In this document: positions 33,779-42,704 of the stretch, piece by piece
Numbering within the stretch: position 1 is the first letter of the stretch
How the letters are laid out: each line of letters opens with the position of its first letter
Assembly: GCA_016875225.1 (NCBI GenBank)
Contig: VGRW01000004.1
Location: forward strand, 7,111 to 71,110
From: Deltaproteobacteria bacterium
GTDB taxonomy: Bacteria > Myxococcota_A > UBA9160 > SZUA-336
Length of the DNA stretch: 64,000 bases
Direction of reading: 5' to 3'
Translations under genes and position numbers: made by a program
The notes under the pieces: model-generated
Database searches by the model: none
Told to the model about the DNA's origin: nothing
What the model saw: the letters and a program-made list of their open reading frames with translations, nothing else

Positions 33779-35325
33779 ACCGCTGGCTGATCCTTCCCGT
33801 GCTCGTGCCGTTCCTCACGGCCGTGCTGCTCGCGCTGCTGAACGGCCATCCGCGGCTCGAGCGTGCAGTGAATCTGGTCTCCTGCGCGGGGCTCACGGTC
33901 TTCGTCTACTGGCTGCTCGGCCACGTCGATGCCCACGGGATCCAGGCGATGGTGATCGGCGGCTGGTTCGCGCCTTGGGGCGTTGCCTTCGTAGCGGATC
34001 GCCTGGCCGCGATCATGCTCTGTCTGTCGATGTCGGTGGGCACGGTGGTGCTCGTCTACACGTTCTTCACCGTCGAGCCGCGCCAGGAGCGGTACTTCTT
34101 CCACCCGCTCTTGCAGGTCCTGCTGCTCGGCGTGAACTGGTCGTTCATCACCGGCGACCTCTTCAACTTGTTCGTCGCATACGAGGTCATGCTGCTCGGC
34201 TCCTATGGCGTGATGATGGTCGGCGCGAGCAAGCCGCAGGTGCGCCAGACCATGGCGTACATCGCGATCAACTCGATCGGATCGACGCTCTTCGTCATGG
34301 GCTGCGGTCTGGTCTACGCGACGCTCGGCACGCTGAACATGGCCGACATCGCGCAGCGCTCGGCGCAGCTCACGGGCGAGCGGGCGGCGCTGGTCACCGC
34401 CGTCTCGATGCTGCTCATGGTGGTGTTCGCGCTCAAGGCCGCGGCCTTCCCGGTCTTCTTCTGGCTGCCGGATTCGTACCCGATCGTGCCGGCGGGGATG
34501 AACGGCTACTTCGCAGGCATGCTGACGAAGGTGGGCGTGTACTCGTTGATGCGGCTCTTCGTGCTCTGCTTCCGTCAGCCGGGCGCGGAGCTCGTCCTCG
34601 AGGTTCTGCTGGTGCTCTCGGGCCTCTCGATGCTCTTCGGCGTGCTCGGAGCGCTCTGCCAGTGGGAGGTCCGCAAGATCCTCTCCTGGCACATCATCAG
34701 TCAGGTCGGGTACATGTTGATGGGGATCGGGCTCGCGGCCAGCGGCGCCGACGTCGCGCAGGCGGGCGTGGTCGCGAGCATCTTCTGCGTGGTCCACAAC
34801 ATGGTGGTGAAGTCGAGCCTGTTCCTGATCGGCGGCATCGCTGGACGGATCTCGGGCTCGCAAAAGCTGTCCGAGATGGGCGGCATCGCAGGGCTCGCGC
34901 CGGGCGTCTCGATCCTGTTCCTGGTCGCCGCCTTTTCGCTGGCCGGGATGCCGCCGTTCTCCGGCTTCATCGCGAAATTCGTGCTGATCCGCGCGGGTCT
35001 AGCCGGCGGCCACGGCGTGGTCGTGTTCGTCTCGGTCGTCACCAGCCTGTGTACTCTCTACTCGATGAGCAAGATCTGGAACTACGCGTTCTGGCACGCG
35101 CCGTCGGTTTCGGCGCCTCTCGGCCGCTACCGCGCGATGATGCTGCCTACGGCGGTCCTGGTGCTCTCGAGCGTTCTGATGGGCGTCGTGGCCGAGCCCT
35201 TCCTTCGGCTCGCGAACGACGCGGCGCGCGACCTGCTCGATCCCCGCGCGTACCAGGAGGCCGTGCTGCTGCCGATTCCAGAGCCCACGACGGCGCAGAC
35301 GTCGAGGCTCGGAGGCGTGCCGTGA
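33775..35325 (+). CDS. mrpD: Mrp/Mnh subunit D (NuoN/NuoM-like)
   Basis: LFNLFVAYEVMLLGSY and AAFPVFFWLPDSYP fit the proton-pumping antiporter-like subunit pattern. GTGA overlap with mrpC. Confidence 0.9.
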   Translation: MNRWLILPVLVPFLTAVLLALLNGHPRLERAVNLVSCAGLTVFVYWLLGHVDAHGIQAMVIGGWFAPWGVAFVADRLAAIMLCLSMSVGTVVLVYTFFTVEPRQERYFFHPLLQVLLLGVNWSFITGDLFNLFVAYEVMLLGSYGVMMVGASKPQVRQTMAYIAINSIGSTLFVMGCGLVYATLGTLNMADIAQRSAQLTGERAALVTAVSMLLMVVFALKAAAFPVFFWLPDSYPIVPAGMNGYFAGMLTKVGVYSLMRLFVLCFRQPGAELVLEVLLVLSGLSMLFGVLGALCQWEVRKILSWHIISQVGYMLMGIGLAASGADVAQAGVVASIFCVVHNMVVKSSLFLIGGIAGRISGSQKLSEMGGIAGLAPGVSILFLVAAFSLAGMPPFSGFIAKFVLIRAGLAGGHGVVVFVSVVTSLCTLYSMSKIWNYAFWHAPSVSAPLGRYRAMMLPTAVLVLSSVLMGVVAEPFLRLANDAARDLLDPRAYQEAVLLPIPEPTTAQTSRLGGVP

Positions 35326-35687
35326 CCCTGGTGCGTCTCTGGTACCTGATTCGCTACTGCGTGATCTTCGCGAAGGCGCTCACTCTCTCGACGATCGAGG
35401 TCGCCAAGGCGGTGCTCCGGCGCGAGCTCGATTTCCGACCCGGTTTTCTCGCCGTCGACATGGACTGCGAGACCGATTTCGAGATCACGGTGCTGGCGAA
35501 CTCGATCACGCTCACGCCGGGAACGATCACCGTTCACGTGGAACAGGACCAGCGCAAGATCATCATCCACGCGTTGAGCGTCGGCGAAGACCCCGACGCC
35601 GTGCGCCGAGACATCCGGCAGACGCTCGAGGCGAACATCCTCAAGTTCACGCGGCCCGGGGGCTGGCCGCCGAGCGCGAGCTCATGA
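35322..35687 (+). CDS. mrpE: Mrp/Mnh subunit E
   Basis: GTG at 35322 (GTGA overlap with mrpD). VLANSITLTPGTITVHV is the MnhE signature. Confidence 0.8.
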   Translation: MTLVRLWYLIRYCVIFAKALTLSTIEVAKAVLRRELDFRPGFLAVDMDCETDFEITVLANSITLTPGTITVHVEQDQRKIIIHALSVGEDPDAVRRDIRQTLEANILKFTRPGGWPPSASS

Positions 35688-35959
35688 GTCCGTTCCTCTA
35701 CGTGGTCTCCCTGGCGTGTCTCGCTTCGCTCTTCGGCGGCGCCGCGCTCTGTATCCACCGGCTGGTGATCGGCCCGAGTCCCGCGGATCGTGCCGTGGCG
35801 CTCGACACGCTCACCATGGTCTTCATCGGTCTGATCTGCATCCTCTGCATCCTCGGGGAGACTTCGCTGTACTTCGATGCGGTCTGGATCCTGACGCTGC
35901 TCGGCTATCTCGGATCCGTCGCGATCGCGCGCTACCTCGAGAAGGGGAAGCTGTTCTGA
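35684..35959 (+). CDS. mrpF: Mrp/Mnh subunit F
   Basis: 91 aa. RLVIGPSPADRAVALDTLT...LGYLGSVAIARYLEKG is the MnhF pattern. ATGA overlap with mrpE. Confidence 0.85.
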   Translation: MSPFLYVVSLACLASLFGGAALCIHRLVIGPSPADRAVALDTLTMVFIGLICILCILGETSLYFDAVWILTLLGYLGSVAIARYLEKGKLF

Positions 35960-36330
35960 TGCCGACCTCGCTAGAGCTCCTCGTGACCGTGATGATGGTT
36001 CTCGGCACGTTCCTCACCGTGGTGGCCTGCGTCGGCCTGCTGCGCTTCCCCGACGTCTACTGCAGGCTCCATGCCGCAGGAAAGGCCGGAACGCTCGGCG
36101 TGTCGCTGCTGATCCTGGCGCCGATGCTCTACTTCGTGTCGAGCGAGGCGTGGGTCTTCGTGCGCGGGGCGTTCGGCATCTACTTCCAGTTCCTGACCAC
36201 GCCCGCCGCGACCCACATCCTCGCGCGCGCGAGCTACGTCTCGGACTACGCGCTCCACGAGCGGACCGCCGTCGACGACCTGCGCGCGTTCCTGCCCTCC
36301 CGGCCGCACGAGACCTACGGGCGCGAGTAG
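35959..36330 (+). CDS. mrpG: Mrp/Mnh subunit G
   Basis: ATG at 35959, in frame with the 35716..36330 ORF. GLLRFPDVYCRLHAAGKAGTLGV is the MnhG signature. Confidence 0.85.
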   Translation: MPTSLELLVTVMMVLGTFLTVVACVGLLRFPDVYCRLHAAGKAGTLGVSLLILAPMLYFVSSEAWVFVRGAFGIYFQFLTTPAATHILARASYVSDYALHERTAVDDLRAFLPSRPHETYGRE

Positions 36331-36338
36331 GAGGGCCC

Positions 36339-37511
36339 GTGCTCTTCGATCCAGCGCGCCACGGGCCGCTGCGCGAGAGCCGTTGGGACGAGGCGCGCGC
36401 GCGCGATACGATCGGGCGGATCGTCGCGGAGGCCGAGCGGGTCTTCGATCCCGAGACGCTGTGGCCAGAGCATCCGCTCGATCGCCTCCCTTCGAGGTCT
36501 CTATACTACGGCGCGGCGGGCGTGATCTGGGCGATCGACTTCCTCTTCGAGCAGTCGGCGGCGCGGTCGACGCGCGACTGGAATCCGATCGTCGAGGCGC
36601 TCCACTCGCGTCCGCACGTCGGAGCCGAAGCGGATCCGCTCGCGCGGGACGGGTACCTGCACGGCGCCGCGGGGCTCGCGCTCGTCGGCCATCGCGTGAC
36701 TCGATCCGCCGTCTGGGTCGAGCGAGCCTTGGCCTCCGCAAGATCGAACCTGGAGCACCCGTCGAACGAGCTCGCGATCGGCACGCCGGGAACGCTCCTC
36801 GCGGCGGTCGCGCTGCACGAGGCCTCGGGCGACCCGCGGCTGCACGAGGTCGCCGCGCGGAGCCGGGCGAGCGTGCTCGCGCGACTCCGCTTCGAGCCCG
36901 AGCACGGCTGCAAGCTCTGGACGCAGGCCTTCGGCGCGACGACGCAGATGCTCGGGCTGGCGCACGGCTTCGCGGGAAACGCCTGCGCTCTGATTCGCGC
37001 CGGCGTTTCGGCGCAGCTCGCGGGCGACGTGGAGCGTACGCTCGACGCGACGGCGCGGATCGAGGACGGGCTCGCGAACTGGCCGCAGAGCGTCGGACCT
37101 CCGCGCCCCGGTCGCGACGCGATGCGGGTCCAGATCTGCCACGGCGCGCCGGGCGTGATCGTCGCGCTGGCTCGCCTGGAGCCGCGCCCGGGCTCGCGGC
37201 TGGACGAGCTGCTGCGCATGGGCGGCGAGCTCGTCTTTCGCGCGGGTCCGCTGGCGAAGGGTTCGAACCTCTGCCACGGCACCGCCGGCAACGGCTACGC
37301 GTTCCTGTGTCTGTACCGGCGCACCGGCGAGCGCGTCTGGCTCGAGCGCGCGCGGAGCTTCGCGATGCACGCGATCGGGCAGTGGGAGGACGAGCGCGAG
37401 GTCCATGGCCGCGGCCGCTACTCGCTCTGGACCGGCGACGTGGGTCTCGCCTGCTTCCTCTGGGACTGCGTTCGAGAGCGCGACGAGTTCCCGACCGTTC
37501 ACGCCTTCTGA
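36339..37511 (+). CDS. LanC-like (lanthionine synthetase C-like) protein, stand-alone
   Basis: GTG at 36339, 8 nt after the mrpG stop and preceded by AGGAGGG. LanC repeats and Zn-site motifs: GAAGVIWA, GLAHGFAGN, QICHGAPGV, NLCHGTAGNGYAF, SLWTGDVGLACFL. Confidence 0.8.
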   Translation: MLFDPARHGPLRESRWDEARARDTIGRIVAEAERVFDPETLWPEHPLDRLPSRSLYYGAAGVIWAIDFLFEQSAARSTRDWNPIVEALHSRPHVGAEADPLARDGYLHGAAGLALVGHRVTRSAVWVERALASARSNLEHPSNELAIGTPGTLLAAVALHEASGDPRLHEVAARSRASVLARLRFEPEHGCKLWTQAFGATTQMLGLAHGFAGNACALIRAGVSAQLAGDVERTLDATARIEDGLANWPQSVGPPRPGRDAMRVQICHGAPGVIVALARLEPRPGSRLDELLRMGGELVFRAGPLAKGSNLCHGTAGNGYAFLCLYRRTGERVWLERARSFAMHAIGQWEDEREVHGRGRYSLWTGDVGLACFLWDCVRERDEFPTVHAF

Positions 37512-38236
37512 GCTGCGCGCGAGAGCGCGACGAAGACCTCCCGCGCATCGCGCGCCTCGATCTCGCGGCCGAACCCGACGTAGCGCAGCTCGTCCGGGGA
37601 CTCGGTGCGGACCAGGAAGCCGGCGCGATCGATCGCCGTCATCCGCGCGCGCGCGGGTGTCACGCCGCTCGCGGCCACGACGATCCGGCGCATCGCGTCC
37701 TCGTGGTCGGCGTTCATGTGCGAGAGGATTCCGCTCGCGGCCTCGCGAAGCCCCGCGCCGAGCGGGTCGCGGCCGATCGCGGCCGGGTCGATCCAGCCGA
37801 TCGCCCCGAAGCCGCCGATCGCGCGCACGCGCACGGGCGCGAGCTCGAAATAGCTGAAGTCGTGGGTCTCCAGGTAGGACGTCGCCGCGGGCACGCGCTC
37901 GCGATAACGCGCGTGGACCTCCTCGAACTCGTCGCCTTCGGATGCGAGCGCGCGCGCCCGCGCCAGAATCGTCACGCGCCAGCTCCCTTGCGCGTCGCCG
38001 CTCGCGCTCGGATCGCGCACGAAGAGCGAGACGCGCGGATCGCGGCGCAGGTTGCGCGTGTGGAGCGCGATCTCGGACAGGAGCACGATCGGCGTTCCGT
38101 CCGCGCGCAGCGCGAACGGCGCGAGCGAGCCGAACGGCCAGCCGGCGATGTCGTCTTCGGCGGCGAGCGTACAGAGGGTGGCCGTCGTCGCCGTGAGCAG
38201 CCAGTGTCGGATCTCGGAGCCGGCGTCGGTACTCAT
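37499..38236 (-). CDS. HugZ-like / PNPOx-fold protein with DUF2470-like C-terminal domain
   Basis: ATG at 38236 (MSTDAGSEIRHWLL...), 1 nt after the sulfatase stop. Split-barrel pattern: ATLCTLAAEDDIAGWPFGSLAPFAL..DGTPIVLLSEIALHTRNL..DPRVSLFV. C-terminal: HMNADHEDAM...VTPARARMTAIDRAGF. Confidence 0.6.
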   Translation of the reverse strand: MSTDAGSEIRHWLLTATTATLCTLAAEDDIAGWPFGSLAPFALRADGTPIVLLSEIALHTRNLRRDPRVSLFVRDPSASGDAQGSWRVTILARARALASEGDEFEEVHARYRERVPAATSYLETHDFSYFELAPVRVRAIGGFGAIGWIDPAAIGRDPLGAGLREAASGILSHMNADHEDAMRRIVVAASGVTPARARMTAIDRAGFLVRTESPDELRYVGFGREIEARDAREVFVALSRAAQKA

Positions 38237-38237
38237 C

Positions 38238-39794
38238 CTACGCGAGCCCCAGCCGCGCGAGCTGATCCTCGGGCGCCTCGATCTCGACGAGCGCCGCGCG
38301 AAGCCGCTCCTCGGCGCGCTTCTCCGCGGCGGTTCCGGCCAGGTCGCGCTCCTCGCCGGGATCCTCGCGCAGGTCCCAGAGGTGGCTGCCGCTGAACTGG
38401 CCGATCCCCCAGAAGGGCAGGCGGTCGCCAAGGACGAAGGGCTGGCGGATCACCGGGACCTTCGATCCCGGCATGCGATCGAGACGCGCGCGCTCGTCGG
38501 GAAGCGGCATGCGCAGCTGCGGCAGGCGCGCGACCGGCATGGTCGACCAGCGATTGGAGAAGACCGAGAGCGGCGAGTTCGCGCCGACCGGACCGCGCGC
38601 GTACTTCTCGCGGCCGTCGAGCACGTGGACCTCCCGGCCCCAGTAGCCGGAGAGCGCCCATTCGCGCACGCGATCGGTCTCGCCGCGCAGAAGCGGCGCG
38701 AGCGAGCGTCCGTGCGTGCGCTGTCGGGCCGTGACGCCGAACAGGTCGAGGAGCGTCGCGTGCACGTCCACGTTCGTCGTCAGAGCCGCACGGCTCCCCG
38801 GCACGACCCCCGGCCACGCGATCATGAGCGGGATGTGTCCGAGCGGCTCGTAGACGGGAACGGCGGGCTTACCGAACGCGTCCTTCTCGCCGAGATAGTG
38901 GCCGTGGTCGGAGCAGACGATCACCGCGGTCGAGTCCCAGAGCCCGCTTCGGTCGAGCGCGTCGAGGATCCGGCCGAACCAGTGATCGATCATCGTGAGT
39001 TTCGCGCCGTAGCAGGCCCGCACCTGTCGCGCCTCGCGCTCGGTCAGCACCCCCTCGCCGATCGCGGCGCGGGAATAGGGCGGCCAGATCAGGTGCGGCC
39101 CGCGCCAGTCGGGGTCGTAGAGCGACGCGTACGGCTCGGGCGTGTCGAACGGCTCGTGCGGATCGAACTCGTCGACGAAGAGCAGGAAGCGCTCGTGGTG
39201 CGGAGCGTCGTGCTCGAGCCAGCGCGAAGCGGTCGAAAGCGTGCGCGGGCCGGGAAAGTCGGCCTCGCCGCGAAAGTAACCGCGCGAGTCGTCGTAGTGC
39301 GTGTGTCCGCGGCCGAACGACGGCGCCCCGATCCAGCTCGGGTCCGGACGCGTGCGCCACGGATCGCTCTCGTGACCGCGTTGGTAGTCCCAGGCGGTGA
39401 AATCGCAGTGGTAGTTCTCGCCGCCGACCTCGAAGAGGTGCGGGTGGTCCGAGACCAGCATGGTCGTGACGCCTGCGCGCCGCAGCTCCACCGTGATCGG
39501 ATCCTCCCAGATCTCGATCGAGCCCCACGGCTTCCACAGGAAGTCGAGCGCGCCGCAGAGCAGGTCGTGCCGCGCGGGCATGCAGGGAAGCGAGCCGGCG
39601 TAGTGCGTGTCGAAGCGGACCGCTCGCTTCGCGAAGCGATCCAGGTTCGGCGTCTGGAACTCGCGCGAGCCGTAGGCGCCGAGCAGGTGCCGGTTCAAGC
39701 TGTCGAGTAGCACGACGACCGCGTTCGAGGGCGAGTTCGCAGCAGCCCGGCCGTTGGCGGAGGCGCGCTCGTTCATGACAGGATTCTCGCACAT
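38238..39794 (-). CDS. Cys-type sulfatase (alkaline-phosphatase superfamily), no signal peptide
   Basis: LLDSLNRH, formylglycine motif SLPCMPARH (CxPxR), and SDHGHYLGE. The ATG at 39794 is preceded by GGAG. An ATG at 39776 is an alternative start. Confidence 0.85.
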   Translation of the reverse strand: MCENPVMNERASANGRAAANSPSNAVVVLLDSLNRHLLGAYGSREFQTPNLDRFAKRAVRFDTHYAGSLPCMPARHDLLCGALDFLWKPWGSIEIWEDPITVELRRAGVTTMLVSDHPHLFEVGGENYHCDFTAWDYQRGHESDPWRTRPDPSWIGAPSFGRGHTHYDDSRGYFRGEADFPGPRTLSTASRWLEHDAPHHERFLLFVDEFDPHEPFDTPEPYASLYDPDWRGPHLIWPPYSRAAIGEGVLTEREARQVRACYGAKLTMIDHWFGRILDALDRSGLWDSTAVIVCSDHGHYLGEKDAFGKPAVPVYEPLGHIPLMIAWPGVVPGSRAALTTNVDVHATLLDLFGVTARQRTHGRSLAPLLRGETDRVREWALSGYWGREVHVLDGREKYARGPVGANSPLSVFSNRWSTMPVARLPQLRMPLPDERARLDRMPGSKVPVIRQPFVLGDRLPFWGIGQFSGSHLWDLREDPGEERDLAGTAAEKRAEERLRAALVEIEAPEDQLARLGLA

Positions 39795-40758
39795 GCAAAT
39801 CTCCGTCGCGTTTCCGCCGGGCCGGGATCTGGTCGACTACGCGCTGCTCGCGGAGTCGCTCGGCTACACGCGGGTCTGGGTCTGCGATTCGCCCGCGCTC
39901 TACGAGGACGTCTGGATCGCGCTCGGCGCGATCGCGGAGAACACGGACGAGATCGGCTTCGGACCCGCGGTGCTGGTGCCGAGCCTGCGGCACGTTCTGG
40001 TGACGGCCTCCGCGATCGCGACGCTCGAGGCGCAGGCGCCGGGCCGGCTCGCGGTGGCGATCGGAACCGGATTCACCGGGCGCCGGGCGCTCGGAAAGAA
40101 GCCGCTCTCGTTCGCCGTGCTCGAACGCTACGTCCGCGAGCTCCGCGGGCTGCTCGCCGGCGAGACGGTGCGGGTCGACGGCGCGAAGGTCGCGCTCCTG
40201 CAGCCGGACGGCTTCGGAGCGCCGCGGCCGATCCCCACGCCGATCCTGATCGCGGCCAACGGGCCGAAGGGCCTCGCGGTCGCGCGCGAGCTCGGCGACG
40301 GGGTGATGTGCGTGGGCCGGCCACAGCCGGGCTTCGCGTGGTGCGCCGCGCTCGCAGTCGGCACCGTGCTCGAGGAGGACGAGACGTTCGCCTCGCCGCG
40401 CGTCTTCGACGCGCTCGCTCCCGCGATCGCCATGATCTACCACGCGGCCTGGGAGGCGTCACCAGAGAGTGTAGATGCGCTTCCCGGCGGGGCCGCCTGG
40501 CGCGCCGAGATCGAGGCGCTGCCCGCGGACGAGCGCCACCTCGCCGTCCACGCCGGGCACGGGGTCGCGGTCTCCGAGCTCGACCTACGGCACGTCTCGA
40601 GCCAGCTCGGCGCGCTCACCTTCTCGGGCACGCAGGCGCAGCTCCGCGAGCGGCTGGCGCGCCTCGCCGACGAGGGGCTGACTGAAATCGTCTACCAGCC
40701 GCTCGGCTCGGACATCCCGAGCGAGCTCGACGCGTTCGCCAGGATGGCGAGGCCGTGA
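39793..40758 (+). CDS. LLM-class (luciferase-like) flavin/F420-dependent oxidoreductase
   Basis: ATG at 39793 (MQISVAFPPGRDLVDYALLAESLGYTRVWVCDSPALYEDVW...). TIM-barrel LLM pattern. The track ORF starts at 39754. Confidence 0.75.
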   Translation: MQISVAFPPGRDLVDYALLAESLGYTRVWVCDSPALYEDVWIALGAIAENTDEIGFGPAVLVPSLRHVLVTASAIATLEAQAPGRLAVAIGTGFTGRRALGKKPLSFAVLERYVRELRGLLAGETVRVDGAKVALLQPDGFGAPRPIPTPILIAANGPKGLAVARELGDGVMCVGRPQPGFAWCAALAVGTVLEEDETFASPRVFDALAPAIAMIYHAAWEASPESVDALPGGAAWRAEIEALPADERHLAVHAGHGVAVSELDLRHVSSQLGALTFSGTQAQLRERLARLADEGLTEIVYQPLGSDIPSELDAFARMARP

Positions 40759-42704
40759 GGCGCGCGATCGCGGTCGCGCTGCTCGGCGCCGCGTTCGCGA
40801 GTCCGCCGGCCGCAGCCTCCGAGCTCGCGCTCGGGAGCTCGGAGCAGAGCGCGCCCTGCGCGCACCGAGAGAGCCTGCGGCGTCCGCTCTTCGGCGACCT
40901 GCACGTCCACACCGCGCTCTCGCTCGACGCCGGCACGCAGGGCACGCGAAATCGACCCGCCGACGCCTATCGCTTCGCGCGCGGCGAGCGCATCGGCGTC
41001 CAGCCGTACGACGCGCAGGGCAGACCCATGCGCGAGATGCAGCTCGAGCGTCCCCTCGACTTCGCGGCCGTGACCGATCACGCCGAGATGCTCGGCGAGG
41101 CCCACATCTGCGGCACCCCGGGGATCGATGGCTACGATTCGTGGATCTGCCGCGTCTATCGCGGCTACCCGCGCCTCGCGTTCTTCGTGATGAACTACCG
41201 CGCCTCGCGCGGCGACGCGGTCGAGCCTCCGACGCGCTTCGACTTCTGCGGCGCGGGCGGGCAGCGCTGCAAGGAGGCCGCGATCGGGCCCTGGCGCGAG
41301 ATCGTGGAAGCCGCCGAGGCGGCGAACGATCGCAGTGCGGAGTGCCGCTTCGCGACCTTGATCGGCTACGAGTGGACGGGCGCGGCCGGGCCCGGAAACA
41401 ACTTGCACCGCAACGTGATCTTCCGGAACTCGGTGGTGCCGGAGCTGCCGTCGAGCTTCATCGACACGCCGGCGCCGGAGCTCTTGTGGCGCAAGCTCCG
41501 CGAGACCTGTCTCGACGCGGGGACCGGCTGCGACGCGCTCGTGATTCCGCACAACTCCAACCTCTCCGCCGGGCGCATGTTCGCGACCGTGCACGCCGAC
41601 GGCTCGCCGATGTCGGCGGAAGAGGCGAGCTTGAATGCAGAGCTCGAGCCGCTGGTCGAGATCATGCAGCACAAGGGCTCGTCGGAGTGCATGCGTGGCG
41701 TCGACACGGCCGACGAGCTCTGCTCCTTCGAGACGCTCGCGATGAGCAACTTCAACGGGCGCTACGTGCCGTACCTGGCCGAGACCCCGCTGCCGCGCCA
41801 GTTCGTGCGCCACATCCTGCGCGAGGGACTGGTGCAGGAGGAGAAGCTCGGCGTGAACCCGTTCAAGTACGGCATCGTCGCGGGGAGCGACACGCACCTG
41901 GGCGCGTCCGGGGCCGTCGACGAGGACGTGGACTTCAAGGGCCACGGCGGCGCGGGCAATCCGGCGCGCGACGAGATCCCCAAGGGGCTGCCGGACGCCT
42001 GGGATCTGAACCCGGGCGGACTTGCGGTGGTCTGGGCCGAGGAGAACTCGCGCGAGGCGATCTTCTCGGCGCTGCGACGCAAGGAAGTGTACGGCACGAG
42101 CGGCCCGCGCCACGTCGTGCGCTTCTTCGCCGGCTACGACTATCCCGAGGATCTGTGCGAGACCGGCGAGTTCGCGGCGCGCGGCTACGCGGGCGGGGTG
42201 CCGATGGGCGCGGACCTTCCGGCCGCGCCCGCCGGCCGAGCGCCGCGCTTCGTCGTCTCGGCGCTTCGCGATCCGGGGACCGAGACGCGGCCGGGCGCAA
42301 AGCTCTCGCGGCTGCAGGTCGTGAAAGGCTGGCTCGACCGGGAGGGTCGGACGCACGAGCGGGTGTTCGACGTCGCGGGCGACCCGAAGAGCGGAGCCGA
42401 CGTCGATCTCGCCAGCTGCGAGCCCCGCGGCCCGGGAGCGGACGCGCTCTGCGCGGTCTGGGCCGATCCGGATTTCGATCCTGCCGAGCGCGCCGTCTGG
42501 TACGCGCGCGTGATCGAGAATCCGACCTGCCGCTGGACCACCCGGGTCTGCAATGCCGGCGGCGTGCGCTGCGACGACCCGTCGCAGCTGGAAGAGGGGT
42601 TCGAGCCGTGCTGCGACGCGCAAGTCCCGAAGACGGTTCAGGAGCGGTCCTGGACCTCGCCGATCTGGTACTCGCCCGCCCGCGCCGGAAAGGGAGCGCC
42701 ATGA
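40755..42704 (+). CDS. DUF3604-family secreted metalloprotein (PHP-like)
   Basis: Signal peptide (MRRAIAVALLGAAFASPPAAASE). GDLHVHTALSLDA, AVTDHAEMLGE, GYEWTG, IPHNSNLSAG and VEIMQHKGSSEC are as I remember for DUF3604. GTGA overlap with the LLM gene. Confidence 0.75.
   Translation: MRRAIAVALLGAAFASPPAAASELALGSSEQSAPCAHRESLRRPLFGDLHVHTALSLDAGTQGTRNRPADAYRFARGERIGVQPYDAQGRPMREMQLERPLDFAAVTDHAEMLGEAHICGTPGIDGYDSWICRVYRGYPRLAFFVMNYRASRGDAVEPPTRFDFCGAGGQRCKEAAIGPWREIVEAAEAANDRSAECRFATLIGYEWTGAAGPGNNLHRNVIFRNSVVPELPSSFIDTPAPELLWRKLRETCLDAGTGCDALVIPHNSNLSAGRMFATVHADGSPMSAEEASLNAELEPLVEIMQHKGSSECMRGVDTADELCSFETLAMSNFNGRYVPYLAETPLPRQFVRHILREGLVQEEKLGVNPFKYGIVAGSDTHLGASGAVDEDVDFKGHGGAGNPARDEIPKGLPDAWDLNPGGLAVVWAEENSREAIFSALRRKEVYGTSGPRHVVRFFAGYDYPEDLCETGEFAARGYAGGVPMGADLPAAPAGRAPRFVVSALRDPGTETRPGAKLSRLQVVKGWLDREGRTHERVFDVAGDPKSGADVDLASCEPRGPGADALCAVWADPDFDPAERAVWYARVIENPTCRWTTRVCNAGGVRCDDPSQLEEGFEPCCDAQVPKTVQERSWTSPIWYSPARAGKGAP

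Noticed and set aside
36339-37511. Lanthipeptide biosynthetic gene cluster
   Set aside because: There is no dehydratase (LanB or LanM), no Cys-rich precursor ORF, and no dedicated protease or ABC transporter within the window. I treat it as an orphan LanC-like gene.
35971-38395. 525-aa minus-strand and 670-aa plus-strand Arg-rich ORFs across the LanC-like and HugZ-like genes
   Set aside because: The composition (runs of R, A, P, G, S) and the lack of motifs argue against them. The LanC-like and HugZ-like frames explain the region.
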